In this document: in pieces, positions 18,545-29,226 of the stretch
Layout: each line of letters opens with the position of its first letter
How positions within the stretch are numbered: the stretch's first letter is position 1
Origin: an uncultured Verrucomicrobiae bacterium
GTDB taxonomy: Bacteria; Verrucomicrobiota; Verrucomicrobiia; Chthoniobacterales; Chthoniobacteraceae
Direction: 5' to 3'
DNA length: 64,000 nt
NCBI GenBank assembly: GCA_963828525.1
Contig: CAWHEP010000010.1
Coordinates: forward strand, 288,001 to 352,000
Translations under genes and position numbers: made by a program
The notes under the pieces: generated by a model
Database searches by the model: none
The model's input: only the letters and a program-made list of their open reading frames with translations
Told to the model about the DNA's origin: nothing

Positions 18545-19924
18545 ATGGCAACACCCCGCGGTCGTCGTTACAAGCAGATAGCTGGCATTAAGAAAAATCC
18601 GGATTCGCTTGCTCCGAAAGACAATAGCCAGCCCGATCCAACACTAGGACCGCGTTTTGCGCAGGCGGCGCCGACCGGGGATCCAACGGTCTTCACGGTG
18701 ATGCATGGCTCGGACAAAGAAGCGTATGCCATTCTCGATAGCGAAAAAGGAACACTATTGCCTCGCGAAATACCCGCCGGGCCCGCGCCTGAGCCGCGGA
18801 TGTCCCTCGCGGACGCGATTGGGGATCAAGGTGGCGCGGTAACGAAGGCGATCACACGCGCTGGACAGATCGTATTTCACGCCTTGGGAGACACTGGCAA
18901 TACCAGAGGCCCGGCAGATCAGAACACGGTCACAGACAAGTTGCTAAGTGACTTTAGGAGCGAGGATCCGCGGTCGGTGCCTTCATTCTGCTACAACCTT
19001 GGCGACGTGGTATATAGCTTTGGAGAAGCGCAATACTATTACGACCAATTCTATGATCCATATAGGGACTATCCGGCGCCAATCTTTGCGATCGCGGGAA
19101 ATCATGACGGGATGGTTGCCCCAAATTCGTCAACCCCAACATTGAAGGCGTTTCTTGAAAACTTCTGCGCGAGCGATCAACCGTTTCACCGGACGCCGGA
19201 GGCAGGCAATCTTGCGAGGACAGCGGGGCGGCAGCCGGGTGTTTACTTCACCCTGGAAGCGCCCTTTGTGAGGATTCTCGGACTGTATAGCAACTGTCTG
19301 GAAGACCCGGGGGTGATCTCAACACAGAGCAACTCAACGCAGAGATATTCGGCTCTCACCGACATACAGATCGAATTTTTGAAGGCGGCGCTCGGGAGGG
19401 CGAAAGCGGAGAAGTTTGGAGGGGCGCTGTTGATCGCCGTACATCATCCCGCGTATGTAGCCGCGAGTCCGACCGACAAGACTGTGGGAAGGCATGGCGG
19501 GAGTCCGTTGATGCTTGCGGATATCGACGCGGCGTGCTCTGAAGCGGGAATGTGGCCGCACGCGGTGCTCTCGGGGCACGCGCATAATTACCAGCGGTTT
19601 ACAAGGTATCTGGACGGACGGGAGACGCCATTCGTGGTTTGCGGCAATGGCGGGCACGCTCATAACCGGCTGACGAGGAAGGGGACGGCGGCGCTTCGCG
19701 CTCCTTCAACCCAGCCCCAGCTCTCCAACGGCGCCGATCAAGTTGTGTTTGAAAATTATGATGACGCGGACTTCGGCTACCTGCGCGTCATCGCGGACGC
19801 TCAGCAACTTCGCATCGAATTTCACCCCGCGTCGGATGGTGAATCCATGAAAACGCCAGACGATTCGGTGACGGTGGATCTCGGGACGCGAAAGCTGATA
19901 CACTATCGCGGGCTGGGAGGGTGA
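18545..19924 (+). CDS. Metallophosphoesterase (calcineurin-like / purple acid phosphatase-like)
   Basis: Metal-binding motifs GDTG, GDVVY, GNHD, VHHP and GHAH. Confidence 0.88.
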   Translation: MATPRGRRYKQIAGIKKNPDSLAPKDNSQPDPTLGPRFAQAAPTGDPTVFTVMHGSDKEAYAILDSEKGTLLPREIPAGPAPEPRMSLADAIGDQGGAVTKAITRAGQIVFHALGDTGNTRGPADQNTVTDKLLSDFRSEDPRSVPSFCYNLGDVVYSFGEAQYYYDQFYDPYRDYPAPIFAIAGNHDGMVAPNSSTPTLKAFLENFCASDQPFHRTPEAGNLARTAGRQPGVYFTLEAPFVRILGLYSNCLEDPGVISTQSNSTQRYSALTDIQIEFLKAALGRAKAEKFGGALLIAVHHPAYVAASPTDKTVGRHGGSPLMLADIDAACSEAGMWPHAVLSGHAHNYQRFTRYLDGRETPFVVCGNGGHAHNRLTRKGTAALRAPSTQPQLSNGADQVVFENYDDADFGYLRVIADAQQLRIEFHPASDGESMKTPDDSVTVDLGTRKLIHYRGLGG

Positions 19925-20019
19925 TAGGCTCACCGGGCGTTCAGGCTGCGATCCCGCTGGTTGACCCGGGCGCAAAACATGGTTGAAGCGGGCGGCGGGT
20001 GTGTCAGGCTGGTTCCGGA

Positions 20020-21588
20020 ATGCAACGACGGGCGTTTGTAAAGCTGATTGCCGGTTCGGCGGCTTGCTGCGCGGGAGCAAGCCTCTCGTTGCGAGGGGCT
20101 CGCGCGGGAACGGTGGCGCCCGCTGATGGAATGCTTTTTGACAGACTTGCTGACGCGGCCCTGGATGCCGCCCGGAAGGCAGGAGCTGGGTACGCGGACT
20201 TCCGGCTTTGCGAAGAGGAGACGGAGTCCATAGCGGCGCGGGAGGAGCACGTGGAGGACGTGAGTTTTTCGCGGACTAATGGATTCGGATTGCGATTGCT
20301 GGTGGATGGGGTGTGGGGATTTGCCGCGAGCGAGGCGCTAACCGTGGAAGAAGTGAGACGGATGGCGGCGAAGGCGGGCGAGATCGCAAAGGCAAATCGC
20401 GCCATCCAAGGCAAGGGGATCGAACTCGAGAGCATCCCGGGTTACCAGGATAAGTGGACGATGCCGATGCGAATCGATCCATTCGGGGTATCGATCGAGG
20501 AGAAGACCGCTCGCCTGTTGGGGATTAACCGCGCGGCAAAAGACGCTGGCGCCAGTTTTTGCGCTTCGGGTTTTACATTTGTCCGGGAGACAAAGTTCTT
20601 CGCGTCGAGCAACGGGAGCCGGATCGAGCAGGTGAGGGTGCGATCCATGCCCCACTTTGCCGTGACAGCGGTAGACAAGAGCAGCGGGAAGTTCACAAGC
20701 CGGTCGAGCCTCGCGGCGCCACGTGGCAGCGGGTATGAGTATATCGCGGAATACGATTTCGTGACGGAAGCGGGGAAGGCGGCCCAGGAGGCGAAGGAGA
20801 AGCTGACGGCGAAGCCGGTGGAACCGGGCAGGAAAGATCTCGTGATCGACCCGACAAACCTCTGGCTGACGATCCACGAGAGCATAGGACACGCGACCGA
20901 GCTGGATCGCGCGTTGGGATGGGAGGCGAACTTCGCGGGAACTTCCTTTGTGACGCCGGATAAGCTAGGGAAGCTGAAGTACGCAAGTCCGCTGGTGACA
21001 GTGATGGCGGATCGATCGCAGGCAGGGGGGCTTTCAACGGTGGGCTACGATGATGACGGGGTGAAGACCTCGGGAGCAGAGTTCCCCATCATCAAGGACG
21101 GAGTGTTTGAGAACTACCAGATGGCAATCGGACAGGCGGCGTTGATTGGCAGGAAGAGTTCAAACGGATGCGCGTTTGCGGACAGCTACGCGAGCTTCCC
21201 GATACAACGAATGCCGAATGTGTCGCTGCAACCGAACCCGCGGGATGTGCGGCTGGAGGAACTAGTCTCGGAAGTCAAAGATGGGATCTACATCGTGGGC
21301 AACGGGAGTTGGAGTATTGACCAGCAGCGATACAACTTTCAATTTGGAGGGCAGGTGTTCCATGAAATCAAGGACGGGAAGATCGGAGCCATGCTCCGTG
21401 ATGTCGCTTACCAGGGGAACACGATTGATTTCTGGAACGCGTGCGACGGGCTGTGCGGAAAAAGCGAATACTACCTGGGCGGCACGCCGGTGTGCGGGAA
21501 AGGGGAGCCGATGCAGGGCGCGCCCGTGTCGCATGGCGCGGTGCCGGCGCGATTCCGCCAGATCAATGTGTTGAACACGGCGATATGA
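20020..21588 (+). CDS. tldD: TldD-family metalloprotease with Tat-like signal
   Basis: MQRRAFVK...GARA signal; IHESIGHATELD (HExxxH), QRMPN, CGKGEP. Confidence 0.9.
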   Translation: MQRRAFVKLIAGSAACCAGASLSLRGARAGTVAPADGMLFDRLADAALDAARKAGAGYADFRLCEEETESIAAREEHVEDVSFSRTNGFGLRLLVDGVWGFAASEALTVEEVRRMAAKAGEIAKANRAIQGKGIELESIPGYQDKWTMPMRIDPFGVSIEEKTARLLGINRAAKDAGASFCASGFTFVRETKFFASSNGSRIEQVRVRSMPHFAVTAVDKSSGKFTSRSSLAAPRGSGYEYIAEYDFVTEAGKAAQEAKEKLTAKPVEPGRKDLVIDPTNLWLTIHESIGHATELDRALGWEANFAGTSFVTPDKLGKLKYASPLVTVMADRSQAGGLSTVGYDDDGVKTSGAEFPIIKDGVFENYQMAIGQAALIGRKSSNGCAFADSYASFPIQRMPNVSLQPNPRDVRLEELVSEVKDGIYIVGNGSWSIDQQRYNFQFGGQVFHEIKDGKIGAMLRDVAYQGNTIDFWNACDGLCGKSEYYLGGTPVCGKGEPMQGAPVSHGAVPARFRQINVLNTAI

Positions 21589-22916
21589 TTCATTCGGAGC
21601 AAGAAGCGAAGGAACTGCTGGCGAAGCTTCTCTCTTTTTCAAAGGCGGATTCCGCGGTCGCATTGCTTTCCGGCGAAGAGAGCGAAGGGGTGCGATTTGC
21701 GGTGAACAGCGTCACGACGGCTGGCTACCACTCCGGTCAAACGGTGGTGGTGGAGTCGCATTTCGGGAAGCGCGCCGGCAGCGTGAATATCAACATCACA
21801 GATGAGCAGGCGCTCCGGGACGCGGTGAGAAAAAGCGAGGAGATCGCGCGGCTCGCTCCGGAGAACCCGGAATTTGTGGAGCCGTTGGGGCCGCAACAGT
21901 ATATCACCGGCCCCGGCTACTGCGAAGCGACGGCCCGGGCCTCCTCGGCTGACCTCGTCGCGCTCTGCGAGCCCGCGCTGCGACGCGCCGAGTCTGACAA
22001 GAACCTGGCTGCCGGCTATACGGAATGCGGTCGCGATTTCACCGCGGTCGCCACGAGCAAAGGGTTGTTCGGCTACGGAAAGTCGACCAGCGTGGATTTT
22101 TCTACGACGATTCGGGAGCGGACTGGCAGCGGCTCTGGGTGGGCAGGGCGAACCGATCATGACATCACCCGGGTGAACGCGGACGCCCTGGCGTTGGCGG
22201 CGTCGAAGAAATGCGCTTCGTCAAAGGCTCCCGCATTCCTGGCCGCCGGCGATTATACCGTCATCCTGGAGCCTTCAGCTACTTCGGATCTGATGTGGCG
22301 TCTGATCGAACGGTTTGACGCGCGCAGCGCGGATGAAGGTCGCAGCTTTCTGACTCGGAAGGGTGGCGGGAATCGGCGCGGGGAGAAGCTGTTCAATGAG
22401 AGCGTCTCCTTGTTTTCTGATCCGGCGAACGATGTGGCTCCTGGAGCAACGTTTACGGGAGACGGGTTGCCTCTAAACCGGCAGGACTGGATTAAGGATG
22501 GTGTGGCGCAGAGTCTTATCTACTCCCGCTTTTGGGCGCAAAAGATGAAGGCTGAGGTAGTTGGCGAGCCATCCAACCTGATAATGCCTGGCGGGACCGC
22601 CACCATGGAAGAGATGATAAAGCAGACCCGCCGAGGAGTGTTGGTGACGCGTTTTTGGTACGTACGGGATGTTGATCCGAGAACGGTGCTGCTGACTGGG
22701 TTGACGCGGGATGGGAATTTTCTGATCGAGGACGGAGAGATACGAAGACCGGTGAATAATTTTCGGTTCAACGAGAGTCCGATTTCGGTGTTCAATAATA
22801 TCGTCGCGATGGGGCCCTCCGTGCGCGCCCGAGGCGGAGAGGGGCCTTCGTCGACTTCCGCGCCAGCGCTGCTGGTGGGAAAGTTCCATTTCGCGTCCGT
22901 GTCGAAGGCGGCCTGA
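21585..22916 (+). CDS. TldE/PmbA-family protein
   Basis: ATGA overlap with tldD; GDYTVILEP, LLTGLTRDG, NNFRFNES; no HExxxH motif. Confidence 0.88.
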   Translation: MIHSEQEAKELLAKLLSFSKADSAVALLSGEESEGVRFAVNSVTTAGYHSGQTVVVESHFGKRAGSVNINITDEQALRDAVRKSEEIARLAPENPEFVEPLGPQQYITGPGYCEATARASSADLVALCEPALRRAESDKNLAAGYTECGRDFTAVATSKGLFGYGKSTSVDFSTTIRERTGSGSGWAGRTDHDITRVNADALALAASKKCASSKAPAFLAAGDYTVILEPSATSDLMWRLIERFDARSADEGRSFLTRKGGGNRRGEKLFNESVSLFSDPANDVAPGATFTGDGLPLNRQDWIKDGVAQSLIYSRFWAQKMKAEVVGEPSNLIMPGGTATMEEMIKQTRRGVLVTRFWYVRDVDPRTVLLTGLTRDGNFLIEDGEIRRPVNNFRFNESPISVFNNIVAMGPSVRARGGEGPSSTSAPALLVGKFHFASVSKAA

Positions 22917-23049
22917 AACGGGCGAGGAAGGTCGCCGCAAGAGGTTGTGCAGGTACAGACCGCGCAGAGCGCTTGTTTTTCGGAGTGCCACCATCTAGTA
23001 GAGCCTGAGTGACAAGGAAACTTTCGAAGAACCGGAGACTGCCGCGCGC

Positions 23050-23937
23050 ATGAGCGAGAATCGGCGGTTGGTCTTCTTCTCGCGGCTAGGAAGTACGATT
23101 GCCCTCTGGGCAGGATCGCTCTTTGTCATCTTCTCGGGATACGAGCTTGGATTTTTCCTGCTGATCGCGGGGCTGGCCATGGTGGGGCTGTGGGAGTTCT
23201 ACAGCATGCTGGATAACAAGGAGCTGCCGAACTTCAGGATCACGGCGATGATCTGCGGGCTGGTTCTAATCAGCGGGAGTTTCCATTATTACAGCCAGGC
23301 GCGGATGCGGCCGGCGGAGTCATACGATTTCGAGGTGTCCGTGCTGCTGTTTTTCCTGCTGGTGGTTTTCGGGAGGCAGATGTTCCAGAAGATGCGTGTG
23401 ATCGCGCCGCTCGAGTCGATGGCGTACACGCTGTTTGGCCTTCTGTACGTGCCGTGGATGTTCAACTTTGTGACGAAGATCGTGTATGTGATCCCGCGCG
23501 CGCCGGATGGACACGTGGCGGGACATTTTTACGTGCTCTATTTAATCGTGGTGACGAAGTTCAGCGATATGGGGGCATACCTGGTGGGGAGCGTATGCGG
23601 CAAACATCCGCTGGTGCCGCACATCAGTCCGAAGAAGACGTGGGAGGGCTTTTTCGGGGCGCTGGCGTTTTCAGTGCTTGGCAGCTACGGGATGCTGGCG
23701 CTGTTCCGCGACAAGCTTGCGGCGCTGAATTACACGCATGCCACGATCCTCGGCTTGCTGCTCGGGTTTGCGGCGGTGATCGGCGACCTGGCGGAGTCGA
23801 TTGTAAAGCGGAGCACTGAAACCAAGGATTCCGGGAACTTCCTGCCTGGGATCGGCGGCGCGCTGGACCTGATCGACAGCCTGCTCTTCACGGCGCCGTT
23901 GCTTTTCTTTTACCTGCGCCTCGTGATCCGGGTATGA
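23050..23937 (+). CDS. cdsA: Phosphatidate cytidylyltransferase
   Basis: DMGAYLVG, ISPKKTWEG, GDLAESIVKR, KDSGNFLPGIGGALDLIDS. Confidence 0.95.
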   Translation: MSENRRLVFFSRLGSTIALWAGSLFVIFSGYELGFFLLIAGLAMVGLWEFYSMLDNKELPNFRITAMICGLVLISGSFHYYSQARMRPAESYDFEVSVLLFFLLVVFGRQMFQKMRVIAPLESMAYTLFGLLYVPWMFNFVTKIVYVIPRAPDGHVAGHFYVLYLIVVTKFSDMGAYLVGSVCGKHPLVPHISPKKTWEGFFGALAFSVLGSYGMLALFRDKLAALNYTHATILGLLLGFAAVIGDLAESIVKRSTETKDSGNFLPGIGGALDLIDSLLFTAPLLFFYLRLVIRV

Positions 23938-25082
23938 GACAGCGAAAGGTGATCGTTCTGGGAGCCACCGGGTCCATCGGCGAGAGCGCCGCGAAGGTGG
24001 CGCGTGACATCCCCGACAGGATGAAGATCGTCGGAATGTCGGCAAACCGGAGCGCAGGCAAGCTTGCGGCGCAGGCGAATCAGTTCAAGCCCGGGGCGCT
24101 ATGCATCACGGATGGCGCTCTCCTCGCAGAGCTGCGGGCAAGCCTGGAATATTCCCCTGAGATCTTTTGCGGGGAGGATGGGCTTGTGGAGCTGGCGACG
24201 CGGGCGGACGCGGATATGGTGCTGATCGCGATCGTGGGCACGGGGGGGTTGAGGCCGGCGCTGGCGGCGATCGAGGCAGGCAAGGATGTGGCGATCGCGA
24301 GCAAGGAAATACTGGTGATGGCAGGCGAGATCGTGATGGAAGCCGCCCGGAGGAAGGGTGTGAAAGTGCTGCCGGTGGACAGTGAGCACAACGCGATCTT
24401 CCAATGTCTTGAAAATCGAGACCCCTCCGAGGCTCGGCGGCTGATTCTCACAGCGTCCGGCGGGCCTTTCCGCATGAAACCCGCCGAGGAACTGGAGCGC
24501 GTCACGGTTGAGGAAGCGCTGAATCACCCAACATGGCGAATGGGATCGAAGATCAGCATCGATTCGGCGACGCTGTTCAACAAGGGGCTGGAGATGATCG
24601 AGGCGCGGTGGTTGTTCGATGTGGAGATGTCGCGCGTGGAGGTGGTGGTGCATCCCCAAAGCATTGTGCATTCGATGGTCGAGTTCATCGACGGATCGGT
24701 GCTGGCGCAGATGAGTCAATCGGACATGTGTTTCCCGATACAGTACGCGGTCACGTGGCCGCAGCGGGTTCCAAATTCGTTGCGACCGCTGGATTTTGGA
24801 CGCCTCGCAAAACTGGAGTTTGAGGCTCCGCGCTACGCGGATTTCCCCGCGCTGGATTTGGCAAGGCACGCGGGGGAGACCGGAGGCAGTCTCCCGGCGG
24901 TAATGAACGCGGCAAACGAGGTGGCTGTCGAAGCGTTCATGCAAGGACGCATATCATTCCCGGAGATTTGGCGTCTGGTGAGCCGGGTAATGGAGGGGCA
25001 CGCCTGCTTTGCGCGGGTTGGACTCGATGCTATACTTGAGGCTGACCGGTCGGCTCGCCAGCGGGCGCTGGAACTCATCTAA
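23934..25082 (+). CDS. dxr: 1-deoxy-D-xylulose 5-phosphate reductoisomerase
   Basis: LGATGSIG, LPVDSEH, LTASGGPF, HPTWRMG, NKGLE. Confidence 0.97.
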   Translation: MRQRKVIVLGATGSIGESAAKVARDIPDRMKIVGMSANRSAGKLAAQANQFKPGALCITDGALLAELRASLEYSPEIFCGEDGLVELATRADADMVLIAIVGTGGLRPALAAIEAGKDVAIASKEILVMAGEIVMEAARRKGVKVLPVDSEHNAIFQCLENRDPSEARRLILTASGGPFRMKPAEELERVTVEEALNHPTWRMGSKISIDSATLFNKGLEMIEARWLFDVEMSRVEVVVHPQSIVHSMVEFIDGSVLAQMSQSDMCFPIQYAVTWPQRVPNSLRPLDFGRLAKLEFEAPRYADFPALDLARHAGETGGSLPAVMNAANEVAVEAFMQGRISFPEIWRLVSRVMEGHACFARVGLDAILEADRSARQRALELI

Positions 25083-25088
25083 AAGGCT

Positions 25089-26496
25089 GTGAAAATACTT
25101 AATTTCGTCTTCATCCTGTTTGAAGTGTTGATCATCTTCAACATGTTGATCATCGTCCACGAGCTGGGACATTTTCTCGCGGCCAAATGGCGGGGCCTGG
25201 TCATTGAAAAGTTTGCGATCTGGTTTGGGAACCCGATCTGGTCAAAGACGGTGGGAGGGATTCAATACAGCATCGGCTGCATACCAGCGGGAGGATTCGT
25301 GGCGCTGCCGCAGATGGCTCCCATGGAGGTGCTGGAAGGAAAAAATGAGAAGGGGGCGGCGAGTTATCCGCCCATCTCTGCATTGGACAAGATCATCGTC
25401 GCGATTGCGGGGCCGCTATTCAGTTTCATGCTGGCGCTGGTGTATGCCACAATCGTCTGGGGAATAGGGCGGCCGACAACGGAAGCGGAGAACACGACGA
25501 CCGTGGGCTATGCCGAGGCGGGGTCGCCGGCTGAAAAGGCGGGGCTACGGCCCGGCGACAAGATTCTGGAGATCGACGGGCAGCCGGTGAAACGTTTCTC
25601 CGGCATGGGGAGCGACAGCATCCAGTGGCGCATTATTCGAAGCGAAGGGGAAAAAATCAACTTTCTGGTGGAGCGAGACGGGAAACAGATACCGATCCAG
25701 TGCGGATGGGTGAAGGAGCCGCAGCGGCGTTTTGCGCGGGCGAGCCTGCGGCAGGTAAAGATCACCCCGAAAACCCGTCTGATCATCGGAGAGGTGGAGC
25801 CGGGAACACCCGCGGCGCTCGCGGGTTTGCAGCCCAAGGACGAAATAACGGAAGTGAACGGCCGCAAGGTATACAGCACAGAAGCGCTGGTGGATGAACT
25901 GCTGAGTCATCCCAGTGATCCCGTATCGCTTGGCGTGGAAAGAGGCGCGCAACACAAGGCTTTCTCGATGACGCCCGTGCTGCTGCCCGCGGAGAACGGA
26001 ACAAAGCGGCCCCGGATCGGAATCGTGTGGGACCCGGGCGAGATAGAGCTTGTTTACCCGAATCCTGTTGAGCAGATCGTCAGCAGCCTCAACAGCATGG
26101 CCAACATGTTTGAGGCGCTGATCTCCCGCAGGTCGGATGTGGGTGTGCAGCATTTCAGCGGCCCGGTGGGAATCATGCGTATTTACTACAAGATTTTCGA
26201 AAGCGAGGACGGGTGGCGGATGGCGCTGTGGTTCAGCGTGTTTTCAAACGTGAACCTCGCCGTGTTGAATATGTTGCCGATACCTGTGCTGGATGGCGGC
26301 CACATCCTGCTCGCTCTCGGTGGAACGCGCGCGGCGCAAACCAGCGAACGCGAAAGTGCTGGAGTTTGTGACAAGCATATGCGCGTGCGTGATAATCGGG
26401 TTCATGCTGTTCGTCACATTTTTTGATGTGCAGGATCTGCCATGGCATTGGGCGAAAGGGTCACGGGCGGCTTCAGGGGACAGCCAGGGAAAGTAG
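25089..26496 (+). CDS. rseP: RseP-type site-2 protease with two PDZ domains; +1 frameshift near 26319
   Basis: HELGH, two PDZ segments and NMLPIPVLDGG. Removing one G at 26319-26320 restores LVERARRKP and the final TM helix. Confidence 0.92.
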
Positions 26497-28299
26497 ATCA
26501 GGAGGTATAACCCTTTTGCATACGCCCGCAGGGTCTCGCGGGAAGTGATGGTCGGCAAAGTCGGAGTCGGGGGCTCCAACCCGATCCGGACGCAATCGAT
26601 GCTTACCTGCGACACGATGGACACGGCAGCGTGCATCGAACAGACGCTGGAACTGGCGGCCGTGGGATGTGAGATCGTGAGGATCACCGCGCCGACCGTG
26701 AAGGACGCGAGGAACCTGCAGTTCATCAAGGAAGGGCTGCTATCGAAAGGATGCGATGTGCCGCTGGTGGCAGACATCCATTTCAAGCCAGACGCCGCAA
26801 TAGAGGCTGCCCGTTGGGTCGAAAAGGTGCGTGTAAATCCGGGGAACTACGCGGATTCTAAAAAGTTCGCGGTGCGGGAGTATTCCGACGAGCAATACGC
26901 CGCGGAGATCGAGCGGATTCGGAGCCGGTTCGCGCCTTTGGTAGAAATCTGCAAAAACCGGAGCGTCAGCCTGCGGATTGGGACAAACCACGGATCGCTG
27001 AGTGATCGGATCATGAACCGCTATGGCGATTCACCCCTGGGCATGGTCGAGAGCGCGCTGGAGTTCGCCAGAATCGCGAGAGGGATGGATTTTCACGCGA
27101 TGATTTTTTCAATGAAGTCCAGCAACCCGAAGGTGATGATAAACGCCTATCGTTTGCTCGTCGCCCGTCTGGAGGCGGAAGGCCCGGACTGGAATTACCC
27201 AATTCATCTGGGAGTGACGGAAGCTGGGGATGGGGAGGACGCCCGGATCAAGAGCGCGATTGGCATCGGGTCTCTGCTGGACGACGGGATCGGGGATACT
27301 GTGCGGGTTTCGCTGACGGAAGACAGCCCGCGTGAAATACCGGTCGCGAAGGCGCTCTGCGAGCCGTACAATCACCGTCCATTCCGCGCGGAGGCTTCTG
27401 TGGAAAAGCCCGTTGCCGAATTGCCTTACGACCCCTTTTCCTACAACCGGCGCGCGTCTCACACGCTGGAGTTCGGTGGAGTGGCTGTTGGCGGTGAAGA
27501 GACGGTCCGGGTCGTGGTGAGGCAGGCAAACTATGACAAGGTGGCCCACAAGCTGGAGCGCATGGGTGATTACCAACCGGAGATTGTCTACGAAAAAGCG
27601 GGCATCCGCGAAATCGATCCCCGGAATGATGCCGAGGTCGTGCTGCTCAACTCGATGAGCGACGATTGCCTGGTGACGGCGCGCGACGGGCTGGACATGC
27701 CGGTGATCGCCGCGTTCCGACTCCTCGCGGCGAAGGTGGCTCGACGACACCCCATCCTGTTGAAGGATACATTGGTTCCTGCCACGCGTTCAGGCGCGGA
27801 CTTCCTCAAAACGCTGCTCACTGGAGCGACGAACATCGGCTCGCTTCTTTGCGATGGCGTCGGGGACGCGATTCTCGTCCAGGGAGAAGAAGCGCCGGGT
27901 CAAGCGTTGCGCCTTTCATACAACATCCTTCAGGCGGCGGGCGCCCGGATTTTCAAAACGGATTACGTGGCGTGCCCCTCGTGCGGGCGAACGCTGTTCA
28001 ACCTGCAGACAACGACCGCCCGGATCAAGGAAGCGACGGCGCATCTGAAGGGTGTGAAGATTGCGATCATGGGTTGTATCGTGAACGGCCCCGGGGAAAT
28101 GGCGGACGCTGATTTCGGCTATGTGGGAGGCGCGCCGGGGAAGGTAAATCTGTATGTCGGAAAGACAGCGGTGAAATTCAATATCCCCGAGGCTGAAGCG
28201 GTCGAGCGGTTGCAGGATTTGATACGCGAGCACGGGAAGTGGGTTGAGCCAGTTTTGGCATGTGAAGGCGCGGCGCTAGTCGGGGCGGACGAGGGTTAA
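26497..28299 (+). CDS. ispG: (E)-4-hydroxy-3-methylbut-2-enyl-diphosphate synthase, long-insert type (start uncertain)
   Basis: PLVADIHF, RVNPGN, RIGTNHGSL, HLGVTEAG, CPSCGRT, MGCIVNGPGE. The conserved YARR..REV motif lies upstream of the called GTG at 26545. Confidence 0.95.
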   Translation: MRRYNPFAYARRVSREVMVGKVGVGGSNPIRTQSMLTCDTMDTAACIEQTLELAAVGCEIVRITAPTVKDARNLQFIKEGLLSKGCDVPLVADIHFKPDAAIEAARWVEKVRVNPGNYADSKKFAVREYSDEQYAAEIERIRSRFAPLVEICKNRSVSLRIGTNHGSLSDRIMNRYGDSPLGMVESALEFARIARGMDFHAMIFSMKSSNPKVMINAYRLLVARLEAEGPDWNYPIHLGVTEAGDGEDARIKSAIGIGSLLDDGIGDTVRVSLTEDSPREIPVAKALCEPYNHRPFRAEASVEKPVAELPYDPFSYNRRASHTLEFGGVAVGGEETVRVVVRQANYDKVAHKLERMGDYQPEIVYEKAGIREIDPRNDAEVVLLNSMSDDCLVTARDGLDMPVIAAFRLLAAKVARRHPILLKDTLVPATRSGADFLKTLLTGATNIGSLLCDGVGDAILVQGEEAPGQALRLSYNILQAAGARIFKTDYVACPSCGRTLFNLQTTTARIKEATAHLKGVKIAIMGCIVNGPGEMADADFGYVGGAPGKVNLYVGKTAVKFNIPEAEAVERLQDLIREHGKWVEPVLACEGAALVGADEG

Positions 28300-28302
28300 G
28301 CC

Positions 28303-29136
28303 ATGCGCGCCTCTGAGATAGAATCGCCCATTGCCTATCTCGGACCTGAGGGGAGTTTTGCGCATCATGTTGCGATCCAAAGATTTGGCAACGCTGGGCT
28401 GCGCCCTTTTCGCACCATTCCGGAGGTTTTTTCCTTTTTAGCGGGTGAGGGCCGGGGCCGGGGCGTGGTGCCTATTGAGAACTCGTCCGGAGGCACGATC
28501 ATGCCCACTGTGGATGGACTGATCGATAACGCCCTGTTCGTGCAAGAGGAGCTCTCCCTGGATGTGAAGCTCGCGCTGGTAGGGCGGGAGGGGACGCCGG
28601 TGAAGGTGATCTACTCCCATTTCGCGCCGCTGCAGCATTGCGAAAGATGGCTGAACGCCCACTACCCGGGGGCGAGGCACGTCGCCACGCCGAGCACTTC
28701 CGGCGCGGCGCAGCTCGCCGCGAGAGAGGACGGGGCGGCGGCGATTGGGCCTGTGGAGAACGCGGATGCCCATGGCCTGGATGTTCTGTACTACCCGATC
28801 GAGAGTCATATTCCGAACGTCACGCAGTTTTTTGTGATCGGTCATGCGGGGGTCGTCTCGGAGACCAGCGTGAAGACCAGCCTGGTCGTGGCTTTGGCGG
28901 ACAGACCTGGAAGTCTTTGCCTGTTTCTTGAACCATTCAAGAATCATGGCGTCAGCCTGAAGCGCATCCAGTCGCGTCCGATCGTTGGACAACCGAACAC
29001 GTATAAATTTTTTGTCGAAATCGAAGGCAAAGAGCAGGACGAACAGGTGAAGGAGGCGCTGAAAGGCGCGCTGGCTGTTGCAGACAGCATCAAGAGCCTG
29101 GGTTCGTATCCGGTGAGAGGCCGTTACCAGTGCTGA
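28303..29136 (+). CDS. pheA: Prephenate dehydratase (PDT + ACT domains, no chorismate mutase domain)
   Basis: IAYLGPEGSF, VPIENSSGG, NVTQFFVI, IQSRP, LGSYP. Confidence 0.9.
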   Translation: MRASEIESPIAYLGPEGSFAHHVAIQRFGNAGLRPFRTIPEVFSFLAGEGRGRGVVPIENSSGGTIMPTVDGLIDNALFVQEELSLDVKLALVGREGTPVKVIYSHFAPLQHCERWLNAHYPGARHVATPSTSGAAQLAAREDGAAAIGPVENADAHGLDVLYYPIESHIPNVTQFFVIGHAGVVSETSVKTSLVVALADRPGSLCLFLEPFKNHGVSLKRIQSRPIVGQPNTYKFFVEIEGKEQDEQVKEALKGALAVADSIKSLGSYPVRGRYQC

Positions 29137-29226
29137 CGGCCCGCTTCGAAGCGCTTTTCCGCGCGTGAGCGTCTTGCTCGCCAGATTTGTGGAAACTTTC
29201 GCCCGGTTGCGGGTTTTACCACATAG

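Noticed and set aside
27350..27950. Large insertion in IspG as a possible intein
   Set aside because: No intein terminal motifs; it begins with a copy of the N-terminal motif, matching the known extra domain of long-type IspG.
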